A stretch of DNA of 63,279 nucleotides, the filler included, from Reticulomyxa filosa (lineage: Eukaryota; Protista; Foraminifera): NCBI GenBank assembly GCA_000512085.1. It is 22 parts of 22 records of this genome, joined end to end, with 100 filler letters (N's around TTAATTAATTAA, not from the genome) between each part and the next. Parts side by side here need not be neighbours in the genome. Positions count along the whole stretch, not along the records: positions 50,961 to 52,171 come from ASPP01019945.1; positions 52,272 to 54,356 come from ASPP01022560.1; positions 54,457 to 55,900 come from ASPP01015441.1; positions 56,001 to 61,580 come from ASPP01009467.1; positions 61,681 to 63,279 come from ASPP01013789.1; 17 more parts are not named here. The stretch is one strand, 5' to 3'. A program made the translations under genes and the position numbers. Shown here in pieces: positions 50,961 to 63,279 of the stretch. The number at the start of each line of letters is the position of its first letter. The first letter of the stretch is position 1. The notes under the pieces were generated by a model that saw nothing but the letters and a program-made list of their open reading frames with translations, did no database searches and had not been told where the DNA came from.

Positions 50961-52100
50961 AATAATAATAATAATATTAATAATAATATTAATAATAATA
51001 ATAACAATCATAACAATCATGATAATAACAATAATAAAAGTAATGATGGCAACGACTTGTCCATATCATTGAAAAATCAAAAAGACATAGTTGGACATAA
51101 TCTGTTGCATATTGCATGCGCTTACAATAACATTGACTTTATAAAAGAATATCAAAGTGAATTTGATCCGAACCAACTCGATCCCAATGGCTGGTCGCCT
51201 ATGAGAATTGCTTGTGATGTTACGTTGTTTGTTCCCTCTCCCCCTTTTTGGTAATTGAGTTATGTTCATATGTGTACATCCCCAAATAAAATTAAAAAAA
51301 AAAAAAATTAAATATATATGTACATATACATATATGTATATATTAAAAGCGGGGCCACGTGGAAGCGTTGCACGAGTTGCTGAAACACAAAAACATCAAC
51401 TACAACGAAGTCTACCCCGAAACAAGAGCAAAGACGGACAATCAAAATCTAGGAGAACACAAACAAAACGACACTCAACAAGAAGATGCAAAAGAAAATC
51501 AAGGCCAAGAAAAAGAGGACGCGAATCGATCCGAATATCACGAACGCAGTTTTTTGCATGAGTTCATTGCACGTGGGGACACTGACATTGTCAACGAGCT
51601 GCTCACTTGTCCCATCAATCTTGAGGCTGCCGATGCTTATGGGCGCACGCCCTTGCACATTGCCGTCTTGCACGAGCAAGAAGTCCTTCTCATTCATCTA
51701 CTTCAAGTTTTTTTTCCCCTCAACATTTGACCCCCCTTTTTGTTCTCCCATCTTCATTTCATGTTTATATTGCTAAAACATTTTTTCCAAATAATAATAA
51801 TAATAATAATAATAATAGAAAGGAGCCTTTCCCAATTTAGGAGATTACAATGGCAATCGACCATTACATTTGGCCAAGTCGATAAATGTATACTGATACT
51901 TTTCTATATATGTATATATATATGTACATATACATATGTATGTATATGTAAAACTATATAACAAACACTGATGGAAAGATTCTGTGATCGAACAAACAGA
52001 CTGCGAGGTGGCTGCTGGTGTATGGAGCACAAGCCAATATAGAAAACGGTAATAGAAAAACTGCTTGGGAAGCCAATGAGAGTCTCCTTTATTCTGCTGT
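50961..52100 (+). CDS. Ankyrin repeat protein, internal fragment
   Basis: GHNLLHIAC, GWSPMRIAC, GRTPLHIAV and GNRPLHLA. In-frame introns 51219-51349, 51707-51818 and about 51888-51999. Confidence 0.9.
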
Positions 52101-52399
52101 GGTTACGTCCATTATCTTAACACTACTGTATTCATATATGCATATATGTATATGTATATATATATGTATATNNNNNNNNNNNNNNNNNNNNNNNNNNNNN
52201 NNNNNNNNNNNNNNNTTAATTAATTAANNNNNNNNNNNNNNNNNNNNNNNNNNNNNNNNNNNNNNNNNNNNACTTATTTTGTTTGATATAGGGGTAGCCC
52301 CCTTTGAGTAATGCCGGATATGACGTGTTGCAGAAATTTTGAGAATTTCTCATTTACAGCAAAGGATATCAATGTGTTGGAAGTTCATAAGTTCAAATA

Positions 52400-53650
52400 T
52401 AAAGAAATTTTTGAAAGTTAGTCTTTGACATATCTTCGACTGTGGCGAACGTCGTACAAATGGTGAGCATTACGTAAGATACGAATAATTAAAGAAGGAA
52501 GCTCGTGATAGTTTTTGTGATACGTATAACCATGCGCGAGCATAATCGTGATGAAACACAATATTGTTGAAAATAAGATATTATAAAAAAAATACGAAAC
52601 ATTGCCGCCCAAGTGTGTCCCTCGCGGTGACAACGAACAGTGTGATTACGTTTTCCAGCGAGAACGAAGCAACCTGCAACACACAAGCTGGACGCTGCGA
52701 AGCAAAGATTGGTATTAACAAAGAGCCGGTTGTAATTATTTGCCGTGTTGATACCATAGAAGACAGGCCAAGACAGAAGAGCCGAAGAATAAGGCTGTCC
52801 CGTTGCAAACAAGTGATTGTACGGACATGTTGGCGGTATTTCGAGGAGCTAGTCATTTGTTCGAGCAGCAGTCGCAATGCGATAAAAAAAAGCCCTCAGG
52901 AAATAAGTACGTATATCACATCTTGTTTGTGGTGATGTGCGGTTCAACAATGGCGAAAAAGGATTACGACCAGATCATTACTCTCAACAGTCCATTCGTG
53001 CAAGCATTTGCAAATACTTTCAGTACACTTTCGCCAATCTGAATGTTGACAAGTATTGTCGTTCATACTGCCAAGGATTCGAAGATTTGGTTACCAAGAA
53101 GTTTGATTTCAAGTTTATTTTTTTATTATTGGGCTCATACAAACGAAAACGTTTTTATACGTACGTATGTAAAAAAAAAAAAAATTCTTTTTTTTTTTTG
53201 ACAGGTTGAAATTCCTGATTACAAGACTTTTTTTTGTGCTGAAATTAAATGATGTGACATCTTTAACAATTGTACTGCCAGATATTATCATATCGTTTTC
53301 ACTGCAAGTGCGTAGTGGCCTTCGATATACTGTCCCCCCAATTGTAACAAAAGGTTTGGTAAAGTCTGTTTGTTTTGTACGTTGGCATTATGTAGAAATT
53401 GTTCTATCTGCAATTTCAAACAGCGTGTAACAATTACAAAACTTTGTAATAGGATAAATGAATTTGTGGCGGCTGCGCAACACCGGAGGGTTCTCTGAGC
53501 CTTTGGTATAGTCAGGCAAAAGGCTAATCAAAACAAAAAAAAGTGTATGTCATGTCCTGAGTTGGCCAACAATCTATCTGAAATATCCGCCAAGCTTATT
53601 CTAGTCTTGGTGATATCATACCAAACACTCCAATCGTTTCCAGACTCGTA
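52400..53650 (+). pseudogene. Fragmented coding-like sequence, unknown family
   Basis: Short ORFs in alternating frames with an intron-like A/T-run at about 53110-53205. Confidence 0.25.
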
Positions 53651-54633
53651 TGTTCATTTTTGCGCATTTTTTTCTTGCTTGTTTTGTTGTAAGTATAAAC
53701 TGGAATTAACATTTAGAGTTGAGTGAGTGATCTGCTTGCGACGTTTTGAAAAGCAGCTAAAGCTACTGACTTTTTTTTTTGCTTTGTGATTTTTGTTATG
53801 CAATACCTTTGAATCAAACCAAGTGTTATACATAGCAAATTGAAATCTATATTCAAAATTATTTGAAAAGTTTAAAGTGAACATTAAAAATTTCTTTTTG
53901 TCTTGGATTGAAACCACACTTTAATTATCTTCCTGAGAAATTACATAATATACACGTAATATTCATGCACGTTTATTATTTGAGCATGTCAATATTAGTA
54001 ACCCATTACCAAACAAACAAAAGCAGCATTTTGTTTTGAGCGCGTAAATTGCGTAAAAATACAAAGGTTAAGATTTTATTTTTTTTTATGAAAATACTTT
54101 GAATTCTGCAGACTTAAAAAAAAAAAGGGTGATATTAGGAAAAGCTTCTTAATATTACAAACAAAGACTGAATCATCACAAAAAGGGAAACAAAAAACTA
54201 TTTTTTGAAGTTAAAAAAAGCTTACAATTTACGGCCTCTCTATTTTGCAAAAAAAAAAAAGCTTTTTACGTATACAATTTATATCACTACCTCTTGTCAC
54301 TGCCCAAAAGCAATATATGCTGCACAAAAAACGTTGGAACCGAAAGGGTTTGAATTNNNNNNNNNNNNNNNNNNNNNNNNNNNNNNNNNNNNNNNNNNNN
54401 TTAATTAATTAANNNNNNNNNNNNNNNNNNNNNNNNNNNNNNNNNNNNNNNNNNNNTCAAGATTAAGACAATGTTGCAAGATTTATTAAAATTGTTACGT
54501 TTTTTTTTTATGCATATATACATATATATATATTTATATAGTTTTTTAAAATATATGTCTATATATTTTAAAAAAAAAGATGAAAAAAAGTAAGTTAATA
54601 AAAAAAAAACAAAATTTGATGTTGCCAATACAG

Positions 54634-55750
54634 AAAAAAGGATCGTTGGAACCAATACAAAAAAGAGTGCCACACCCGTATGATAGAATTGAGCGAATAT
54701 TTCAGTGGAGTGAAACCTCTGACGAGAGTGGAACCAAACAAAAAGTTGCAAGAATGGTTCGGGTCATTGGCAGAACAAATCGCCAGCTTGGATGTCAATG
54801 GAAACAGCAATGTCGAAGGCAGAAAGATTTTGAAGTTAGTAAACGCATTGGAAGATGTTCAAAAGTTTCATCAGATCGACAGCTCTTTGCAGATCAAACA
54901 ATTTTTAAGTGACACCAAATCTTATTTGCAAAAAATGGTATTGTTCTACATCTTTCCTTTTATATTAATTACAAGTCTTTTATATACATATATATGTAAA
55001 CCATCTTCAAATCGTGTTTTTTTTCCCCAAAAAAAAAAAAAAAAAGGTGCGCACAGTGAATGTTCGCGATGAAGTGTTGGGAACGGTGACAATTGTGAGT
55101 GATTTTAGTTATGCGTGGGAAATCATAAACAACTACGTTGGATTGATGCAAAAGTACATTAAAAAAGATCCGCAAATCGTGTTGTGGTTGCGAGCGACAT
55201 TTTTAAAAATGGTCAGTATTTTGGACCAACCGTTGGTGCGAATTCATCAGTGCAATAGCGAGGATTTAGTCAGTGTCAGCGCTTATTACAGTGAACGATT
55301 AGTTGCATTTGTTAGTGGTGTGCTAGATATTGTCCCCAAAACGATGTTTGATAAGCTTGCACAAATTGCAGTGTTGCGACAGACCCGATTGCCAAATTTG
55401 GAGTTGAAAGTTTTGTAATATTATTAAATTGTTTATTATTATTATTATTATTATTATTATTGAGAGCTCTTTTTGTTTGGATTTTGCAATATGACTTACT
55501 TATTTACTAATAAATTCAGTTTGAGCGCAAATATTTGAAAGATAAGGCATTGTTGGAAGAAAGACACGAATTTGCAGAAACAACGCACGGCATCAGTGTC
55601 TTCACTGAGGGAATATTAAATATGAAAACAACTTTGTTTGGTGTGATTGAGGTCGAACCTCAACAATTGCTGGAAGATGGCATTCGCAAAGAGTTGGTGT
55701 TTCGTATTGCAAATGCACTTAACAACACATTGAAATATCCTATCCAAAAA
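54634..55750 (+). CDS. WASHC5: WASH complex subunit strumpellin, internal exons
   Basis: [58 protein letters not shown] and [20 protein letters not shown]. Introns 54938-55046 and 55410-55519. Confidence 0.95.
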
Positions 55751-56000
55751 GTTTAGAACAAAACAAAAATTTGTAAGAGGCTGTTTCTCTGTGTTCTCTT
55801 TTTTTATTTATTTATTTTTATTATTATAAAAAAAAAAAAAAAAGTGATAATTTACAATATTAATCGAATAACAAAACTTTACAATTGCCAGAAATCCCGT
55901 NNNNNNNNNNNNNNNNNNNNNNNNNNNNNNNNNNNNNNNNNNNNTTAATTAATTAANNNNNNNNNNNNNNNNNNNNNNNNNNNNNNNNNNNNNNNNNNNN

Positions 56001-56943
56001 TCCTCTTCCTCTTCCTCCCAAACTCGTTTGCTGAACGCATGCGAGTTGTTCGACAACGGAGTCTATCGATCGGCAATTAGCTCCACACCTATCCAACTCG
56101 TGCGTAAGCCGTCCTATGTCGTCTTGCCCGTGCTTGCTCGCGATATGTTACAACCCACCAAACCGACGCTGTCCAAAAAATACTCGTCCTTTCTTCTCCC
56201 TCCATCTTCTTCTTCACTCCATTCCAGTTCGGCTCCAAACTCCACTCTCAACTCCAACTCCAACTCCATCTCCATCTCCATCTCCGTATTCACTCCGGAT
56301 CTTTCTCCTACTCCTATTTCTACTCCTATGCCGACGTCGAGGTCATTGCTGCTCCGTTCGCAACAAAAGACGACACTCGTCGACGCTCCCGACGTCGCCA
56401 ATGCCGAGGCCTCCACACACGACGTTCGCAAAACGCAAACTGTGGAGCCAGCAGACCCCGATGAGCCGCAAAAGTCGATGTCGTCTATTAGTTCGTGGAA
56501 CCCGGAGCAACTCAACTCCATTTTGGAGCCACTTTTCACTCCTCCTCCTCCTCCTCCTCTTCCTCTTTCAACGTCTACTTCAAATGCCGATGACCGCAGT
56601 GCCAACACAAATACAAATACAAATATAAATATAAATGCAAATGCAAATACAAATGCAAGTACAGATACAGATGCCTATGCTCCACAACCCGAATCGCTGG
56701 ACAGCATTTATCGCCATTTGCCAGAGTCGTTTGCGCCGATGAGACTACGCATTCCCTTGTGGAGCCTGTGCGCAGGCATGCCCTTCTTAGGGGCACAGTG
56801 TCGTCATCAAAGCAACGTATACCGTTTCTTTAGCAAAGTTATGCGTATCAAACAACAGCAAGGTGTTGAAGAAAAAGAAGAACAGAAGCAATTGCAAGTG
56901 GGCGTTGAAAAGAATAGCAAAGATGACAGCAAGATAAACAATA

Positions 56944-57016
<73 letters not shown>

Positions 57017-58115
57017 TAATGCAGATGATGACGATAAGGTATCTCTAAAGCATATTCGTAATGATGCGTTTTTAGCGCTGACGTCGCATCCATGTTTGCC
57101 TTTATATCTCAGCAGTAACAATAAAGGCCACGTGTATTTGTGGCATTTTATGTTTGAGGAGCCCCTTGCTACGTTTGTCACATTTGTCCCTAAAAATGTC
57201 CCCACTTTCCCGCCTCGTGACGCTCGTTCTGCATCGAATGCAACTTCACGCCACACATCGACAACGGATCTTCGTCGCCGTATGACTCCACTGCCATTGG
57301 ACAGCGAAGACGCCAAAACCGATTTTATGGTGTCGCTGGAGTTCAATGATTTTGGCAACAAGTTTGGAGCCATGTCCTACTATGGAAATATTCACCTGTG
57401 GCACTTCAATCTGCCTAAAAGCATGGGTCAACGCGAAAGTCGGTCTTATTTTGTTCGGCAATGTCATGACAAAACTGGAAGAGATTTCACATTTATCAAA
57501 GGCTCTTCTTATATTGCTACCGCAGGGGAGTCATCCACTAATGCCAATGTTACTATCATCGACGCTCTTTTTTGTCGCTCTCACTCCTCTGTACTTCGCG
57601 CATACACATGCTATGAAGGAACTGGAGGTGCCACTTGTGTTGAAAATTGTCCCGAGTACGAATGCATTGTAACTGGGGGCAACAAGGGATTGCTACATCT
57701 TTTTGATCCACGCATCTCTGTGCCAGTGTTCAAATGGGAACACGGCACTTCTCGCATTTGGAAATTGAAATATTTCGTTCCGACACATGAATTGATGGTT
57801 GGCTCCTTAGATGGTGCTGTGAGCATATGGGATATGAGATTTTTGCCTAAATACAAACAAACTGATATCGCACGCTTGTCCACTGCCGCAAACCTACAAC
57901 CCTCCAACTTTTCTCATGCGTTGGTCAATGAATGGAATTTATTCCCCAAAAAAAACTTCTTCAATCATCCGTCGGGAATTAGTATTGGCTTGGGGTGGCC
58001 AGTAGCTTTCATTGGTCTCACTGACTGCATTTGGACATCTCAAGGGGACATTTTATGCACTGGCTCCGATGGAACCGTCAAGTTTATCAAGAGATTGCCC
58101 GACATCCAAGTGTGA
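56001..58115 (+). CDS. DMXL: DmX-like / rabconnectin-3 alpha, C-terminal WD40 region, 5' truncated
   Basis: SHPCLPLYLS, FNDFGNKFG, CHDKTGRDFTFI, SSYIATAGESS, GGAT, TGGNKG and GSDGTVK follow the DMXL C-terminal WD40 order. Contains a poly-Asn insert. Confidence 0.82.
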
Positions 58116-58633
58116 AAAAAAAAAAGAGTGTGTCAACTCTTTAAGATCTGCAATAGTACTGGATTTGTATTTGTTCACTTTTCCGATCAAAGGAAAAGAA
58201 GAAAATATAACTGAAAGATGTATACAATCACTTCGCTGAATGTCGCAATTCTAGCTTGTTAAAACAAGAATAACTTTTTAGCAGCTCACTTTTACTGTGT
58301 TGTTGATTTTTGTTTTCTTTTGTTTTTGGTTTAACAAGAGTATCTTTAAATCGGTAGGAGATTTTTAGGTTTCTTTCAGTGTTTGGTTCTTGCCTTTTTT
58401 ATGTGAACCCAACATGAGGGTTGTTTCTTTGTCGAAATTTTAAACTGAAATATTACAACTTTTTTTATGACGGGTATAGCCTAAATAATTTAAGCCAAGT
58501 AAAATTTTAAGATTCCAATGAAGAAATTTCCGCAAGTCTTAAACTGATTTGGTTGAAATGGGAAAAAACAAAAAATATGCTTAAATCAACACAAGGACAA
58601 TTTTTATTGTTTGTCTTATAAAAGTTGATTTTT

Positions 58634-59818
58634 TTACTTTGGTGTCATTCGAATGCCAGCGTCCAATCGAATGACTTCACCATTGAGGAAACTGTTCTCT
58701 GCAATATGCACACATAAGCTTCCAAATTCATCAGGATTTCCCAATCGTTTTGGGAAGAGAGCTTGGTCAACAAATCCTTGAATCATTGCTTTTGTCATTG
58801 GTTTCGACATTGGGGTCTCTAAAGTTGCATAAAGTCAAATCAATCCATTTTTAAAAATGCGTAAAAATCAATCTTAGCACTTTTTTTTTCCCTTCTTCCC
58901 CCTTTTTCCCTTTTGCAACAAACCGAATATTCCGGGAGCAATGGTGCAAACACGTATTCCGAACTCACTCAAATCTCTAGCGATTGGCAAGGTCATTCCA
59001 ACGACACCTCCTTTCGAAGCAGAGTAAGCTGCTTGTCCGATTTGTCCATCTGAAACGCAATACATTTTTTGTTATTGAGAGATTGAAGGTAAAAATGGAA
59101 ATATAAGATAAAGGGGGGGTGGGTGTGGTAGGGGGAAAAATACCAAATGCAGCGACAGAAGCAGTATTGATAATGACACCTCGTTCTCCATCTGCATCAG
59201 GTTTATTATTCAACATGGCCTTGGCGCACAAACGCAACACGTTGAAGGTACCAATCAAGTTGATTTTCAAAACGCGTTCGAATGGAACCAATGGATGCTC
59301 TTTTCCTGATTTTGATAATGTTCGTTGAGGATATCCAATACCGGCACAGTTTATGCACCCATGAATGCTACCAAATTTTTCTACGCTAACTTTAATTGCT
59401 TCTGTCACTGATTCTGTTTTAACATTTCATACAAAATATTCATTCCACTTGTCCCAGCCAAATACGTCACCCAATCATTTTTTTTTTTTGACAAAATTGG
59501 ACCACTTTATTTCTGGAAATAAATACCTCCCCACTTTTATACAAGATATTTTAACTTTCACAAGATACATCAGTTTTCACAAAAATTGCTTTAGAGCCCA
59601 ACTCTTCAGCGACTTTATCACCTTTGTCTTTTTGGATATCTGCCAACTATCAATATCCAAAGAAATACAAACAATTGGTAAACTTCGTGTTTCTTTTTTT
59701 TCTTTTTTTTTTTGCTTACAATGACATTGCCTCCTTTACTCAGGATGCTCTTAGCTGCAGCAAGACCTAAACCTGAAACACCACCGGTGATAAAAAAAGT
59801 TTTGCCTTCGAGCTTCAT
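58634..59818 (-). CDS. HSD17B10: 3-hydroxyacyl-CoA dehydrogenase type 2 (HSD17B10-like SDR), multi-exon
   Basis: [55 protein letters not shown] (YxxxK), [11 protein letters not shown] and [13 protein letters not shown]. Confidence 0.93.
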
Positions 59819-60689
59819 AATTTTCTTTTCAGATTAGAAATGATTTTTTTTTTTAGCGTGGTGGAACTCTGGGCAAACACTTGGGGGGGTGAACTACTAA
59901 GAGTCAGAGTAACAAAATTTAGTCTGTTTCGAAGGATAGTTGAAATGAGACTATTTTTGCGTTTTGAAGAATAAGCAACATGCAGTATCTTGTTTCCATG
60001 GTTACAAAATGAAGAACACAGTTTATTTTTCATTATCTAATCCATTTTCGTTTTTTGTTGCTTGCAGAAATAATTTTGTATTACACTTAATGCTTGCTTT
60101 ACAAATAGAAAAGTTGTTTGATCAGAAATGTGCTGTAAAAAAAGCACATGAAAGAAAAAAAGAAAATAAAAGATAAAAATTAGAATCTCTCAAACATTTG
60201 GAAGCAAGCCGAAAAATATCTCGGTATTCTTAATTTTCTTTGGGTAAACGGAATTAATTATTAAATTGGACAACTTGTTTGTGAAGATTATTACCTAAAC
60301 ATGCAACTTGTCCATTTCAATACTCTTTACTCATCAATATGTGTTTGATGCAAGGGAGGGATGAAGAGGGAGAGGTTTGTTATGACTAAACTCTCACTTG
60401 TCAATTTTTAATGATAGAATATAATGTATTTTTGTTAAATGGATGCTCCAGCCAACATTAAACAAAAAAATTTACATTGTTGATTTATTTGTGTTGAGAA
60501 ATTGCAATTTCAAATGAAATGTCTTTGTGCAAGGATAAAACTACGGCCCAATTTTGTTAATTCACTTTAGCTTTTGGAGGGAGTAGATAATGGGCAAGTT
60601 TAGCTATATTTTGTTTAAGGAATAAATAACGCACAAAGATTTTACAAAAAAAAAACAACAAATATGGGTTTCATTTTTTTTTTTAAAGG

Positions 60690-61580
60690 TACCTTCTACC
60701 ACAACGACAGTTGGCCAGCTGTTTACGATATTTATGAATTTCAGCTTTCAAGTTCTCATTTTCATGTTGGAGAAAGATGAATTCTAAAGATGTTGATTGT
60801 TTTATTTGTTATATTATTATTATTATTGTTGCTTTTATTGGCAATTTGTTATAAATGTGCAAAAAATACCTTTTTCGAGCTGTTCATATTTGTCAAAGCT
60901 AAAGACTTGTTCCTTGGCAAAAGAGGACTTGTGGGTAAGCGCACTGTAAAGAGGATCAAAAGAACTGGCAACAGCAGGATGATAATTCGTGTGCGGTGCA
61001 GTAAATACATTTGTTGGAATAGCTGGAGCTGTTGGAACTGGCCGTCCTAGTTCATTGCTTCCATGAGCAAAATGACAGCGAAGTCCCCAAGAACAATGTC
61101 CTTGTTTCCAATGTGCACACATTTGTGTTTTGAACTTGGCAACATCTGCTTGTATGTTCCATATATCAGACACATATAATATGCCATATATACATGTGGT
61201 CTATTACTTATCCATTTTTTTAAAAAAAAAAGCAGACCATGCTCGGTATGCCGACCGTGATGAGGGGGTATGTCTTCATCTTGTGGAAATCTGTGATCAC
61301 GAGTGTACCCAAACCGACGATCAAATTTTTCCCCGAGAATTACTGGTCTTTTTCGATCCCAGTCTCGTTCGTCTCTGTCTCTATTTCTGTCTTTGTCCTT
61401 GTCCTTGTCTCTGTCGCGATCGCGGTCACCACGATCACGGTCACGATCACGATCTCTATCCTTATCTCTGTCTCTGTCTCTATCTCTATCTCTATCTCTA
61501 TCTTTGTCTTTATCTTTGTCTCTGTCTTTATCTCTATCTTTGTCTTTATCTCTGTCTTTGTCTTTATCTCTGTCTTTGTC
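60690..61580 (-). CDS. CCCH zinc-finger protein with an (R/K)D dipeptide repeat, partial
   Basis: KFKTQMCAHWKQGHCSWGLRCHFAHG is a CCCH finger. The upstream exon on the same strand encodes DKDRDRDRD repeats. Confidence 0.8.
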
Positions 61581-61680
61581 NNNNNNNNNNNNNNNNNNNN
61601 NNNNNNNNNNNNNNNNNNNNNNNNTTAATTAATTAANNNNNNNNNNNNNNNNNNNNNNNNNNNNNNNNNNNNNNNNNNNN

Positions 61681-61721
<41 letters not shown>

Positions 61722-62361
61722 GAGTTTTTTTGTATAAGGTATTTGACACGTAATAATTCACACATGTCTTGTTCGCTTTAATTTGTGGGGACCGGTTGCT
61801 GCAGAAAAGCTGAACAAGAGGTTATTGTTATTTGAGCGAATTTCAATAAAAACAAAAATAATTAAACAAAAAACGACGAAAAGAAAGCAAGTGTATTTAG
61901 AATAAAGTTTGCTAAGTTCAAATCAAACTTGCTGGTGTCTTTCCCTACAAATTCATCAGCAATTGCTAAATGAACTGCAAAAAAAAAAAAATTTGCTCAC
62001 TAAATGAAAATGATGGTCATTGAGATGCGTAGATTTGATGAACAACAAGTTTTTGAAATGTTTCGGTAAATTTCAAAAAAAATCCTTGCTGTTCTTGGAG
62101 CAACAGTCCTAGGATTTTTGTTGGGATGGCAATTTTAGAAATGAACTCTTGTTTATACCAAAGAAAATATTGCAAGGAGGAGCATTATTATGTTGGCAAC
62201 AAAACAAAAGCAAAGTTATGAGATTGAAAAAAAATTCCCTTTTATGGGGAACACTACAAATCCTTCAGCAAAAAGAAGAAATAGTAAATTATAAACTCCA
62301 AAAAAAAATATGAAAACAGAAAACAGTCAAGACAAAAGCTGCTTTTTAACATGTGTTATCC

Positions 62362-63279
62362 TTAATTCCTTAGTGTTGTAGCAAGATGTGTTATTTTTTT
62401 TTTTAAAAGAAAGAACCTTTTTTTTTTTTGAAAAAAAAAAGTACGTAATTTTGAGAAAGGGGGGGGGGTGTGAGTGAAAAAAAAAAAATTTAAGAAATTG
62501 ACAGGTTGTTGTTGCAGCGTCCAAAAAGGCCTTTCTTTGATGGCATCATCGGGCCACTTCCAAGTGCGCAAAGAAGGAGTAAGTATTTTCTGGGGCTCCA
62601 AGAGTATGGAAGGATCCTTGAGTCGCTCTTGACGCAAGTCGGGAAGGAGCAGAGGATCAAAATGAGCGGGACACAAAGTGTGATTGAAGAACCACAAGAG
62701 CAGCGTTTTGAACTTGTTGATTTTTTCAAAGTGGAAAGTGGTCCAACTGGCATGAGCAACCCAAAAGGTAGTATTGGATATTTTATGTGTGGGCGAGTGG
62801 TCTCCCCATTGATAGCCACTGACGAATTGATCGGGAGGGAGTAGAAAGAAATTAAGTTGTCGAAAGTCATACTCGCGTAAGAACATATTCCAATGTCGCT
62901 GATCACTTCGGCCAGTAATGACCAGACCAATGTATTCCACCAACGTATTCATAAACACTTGAGTTTTGCAACTGCTGCGCACAAAAATGAACCCGCTATT
63001 GCCAGGGCCGACGTCGTCCAGTCGTCCATCGCAACTCATTTCCACGTCGTTGTACGAGTCGCTAAAGTACTTGCGCACGTCCCTTAGCCACACCACGTCC
63101 GTGTCTTGCACGAGCACATTATAGCCCAATTCCACCAAGTCACGCGCGTACAATATCTGCAACGTCACCGTCCAACGATGAGGTCCCAATGCAAATCGCG
63201 GCGCTGCTCTTTTTGGATTTCTACAATTTTGATTTCGTCGATGTTTTTGATAATGTCCCTCCTCCTCCTCCTCCTCCTC
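62362..63279 (-). CDS. Nucleotide-diphospho-sugar transferase (GT77-like), 5' truncated
   Basis: LGYNVLVQDTDVVWLRD (DxD), NSGFIFVRS, SDQ, LPPDQFVSG and HASW..EKI..FK..LLW. The C-terminal end is uncertain and probably spliced. Confidence 0.85.
   Translation of the reverse strand, partial: EEEEEEEGHYQKHRRNQNCRNPKRAAPRFALGPHRWTVTLQILYARDLVELGYNVLVQDTDVVWLRDVRKYFSDSYNDVEMSCDGRLDDVGPGNSGFIFVRSSCKTQVFMNTLVEYIGLVITGRSDQRHWNMFLREYDFRQLNFFLLPPDQFVSGYQWGDHSPTHKISNTTFWVAHASWTTFHFEKINKFKTLLLWFFNHTLCPAHFDPLLLPDLRQERLKDPSILLEPQKILTPSLRTWKWPDDAIKERPFWTLQQQPVNFLNFFFFTHTPPPFSKLRTFFFQKKKRFFLLKKKITHLATTLRN

Noticed and set aside
54457-58115. Apparent endosomal gene cluster (strumpellin next to rabconnectin-3alpha)
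   Set aside because: The genes are on different contigs separated by a spacer.
11102-61636. Poly-Ile, poly-Cys, poly-Leu, poly-Tyr and (SL)n ORFs in the ORF track
   Set aside because: They are alternative-frame or antisense readings of Asn/His/Thr/RD repeats in real genes.

Overview
This window is not one locus. It is 22 short contigs joined by 21 identical artificial 100-bp spacers (N44-TTAATTAATTAA-N44), so adjacency across spacers carries no information. The DNA is AT-rich, intron-containing eukaryotic nuclear sequence with Asn/His/RD low-complexity tracts, a TPR repeat gene and many pseudogenes. This style suggests a rhizarian or foraminiferan protist such as Reticulomyxa (inference only). 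Recognisable genes, mostly partial: aspartate carbamoyltransferase, an equilibrative nucleoside transporter, an inositol polyphosphate 5-phosphatase, strumpellin/WASHC5, the DMXL/rabconnectin-3alpha C-terminus, an HSD17B10-type SDR, a GT77-like glycosyltransferase, ankyrin, TPR, F-box and CCCH proteins, and a decayed Cdc14. Mobile DNA largely missed by the ORF track: a TA-flanked 'CAGTAG' terminal-repeat family (5 copies), a DD34E Tc1 transposase relic, a Ty3/Gypsy RT-RNaseH relic, an APE-RT LINE relic and a CRE-like RLE retrotransposon 3' end. The best candidates for novelty are an XK/Xkr-like membrane domain fused to WD40, a 5-phosphatase with three tandem PH-like modules, a stand-alone ATCase with an N-terminal membrane anchor, and 5' splice sites that mostly lack +5G. 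All family calls are by-eye motif recognition, not database searches.
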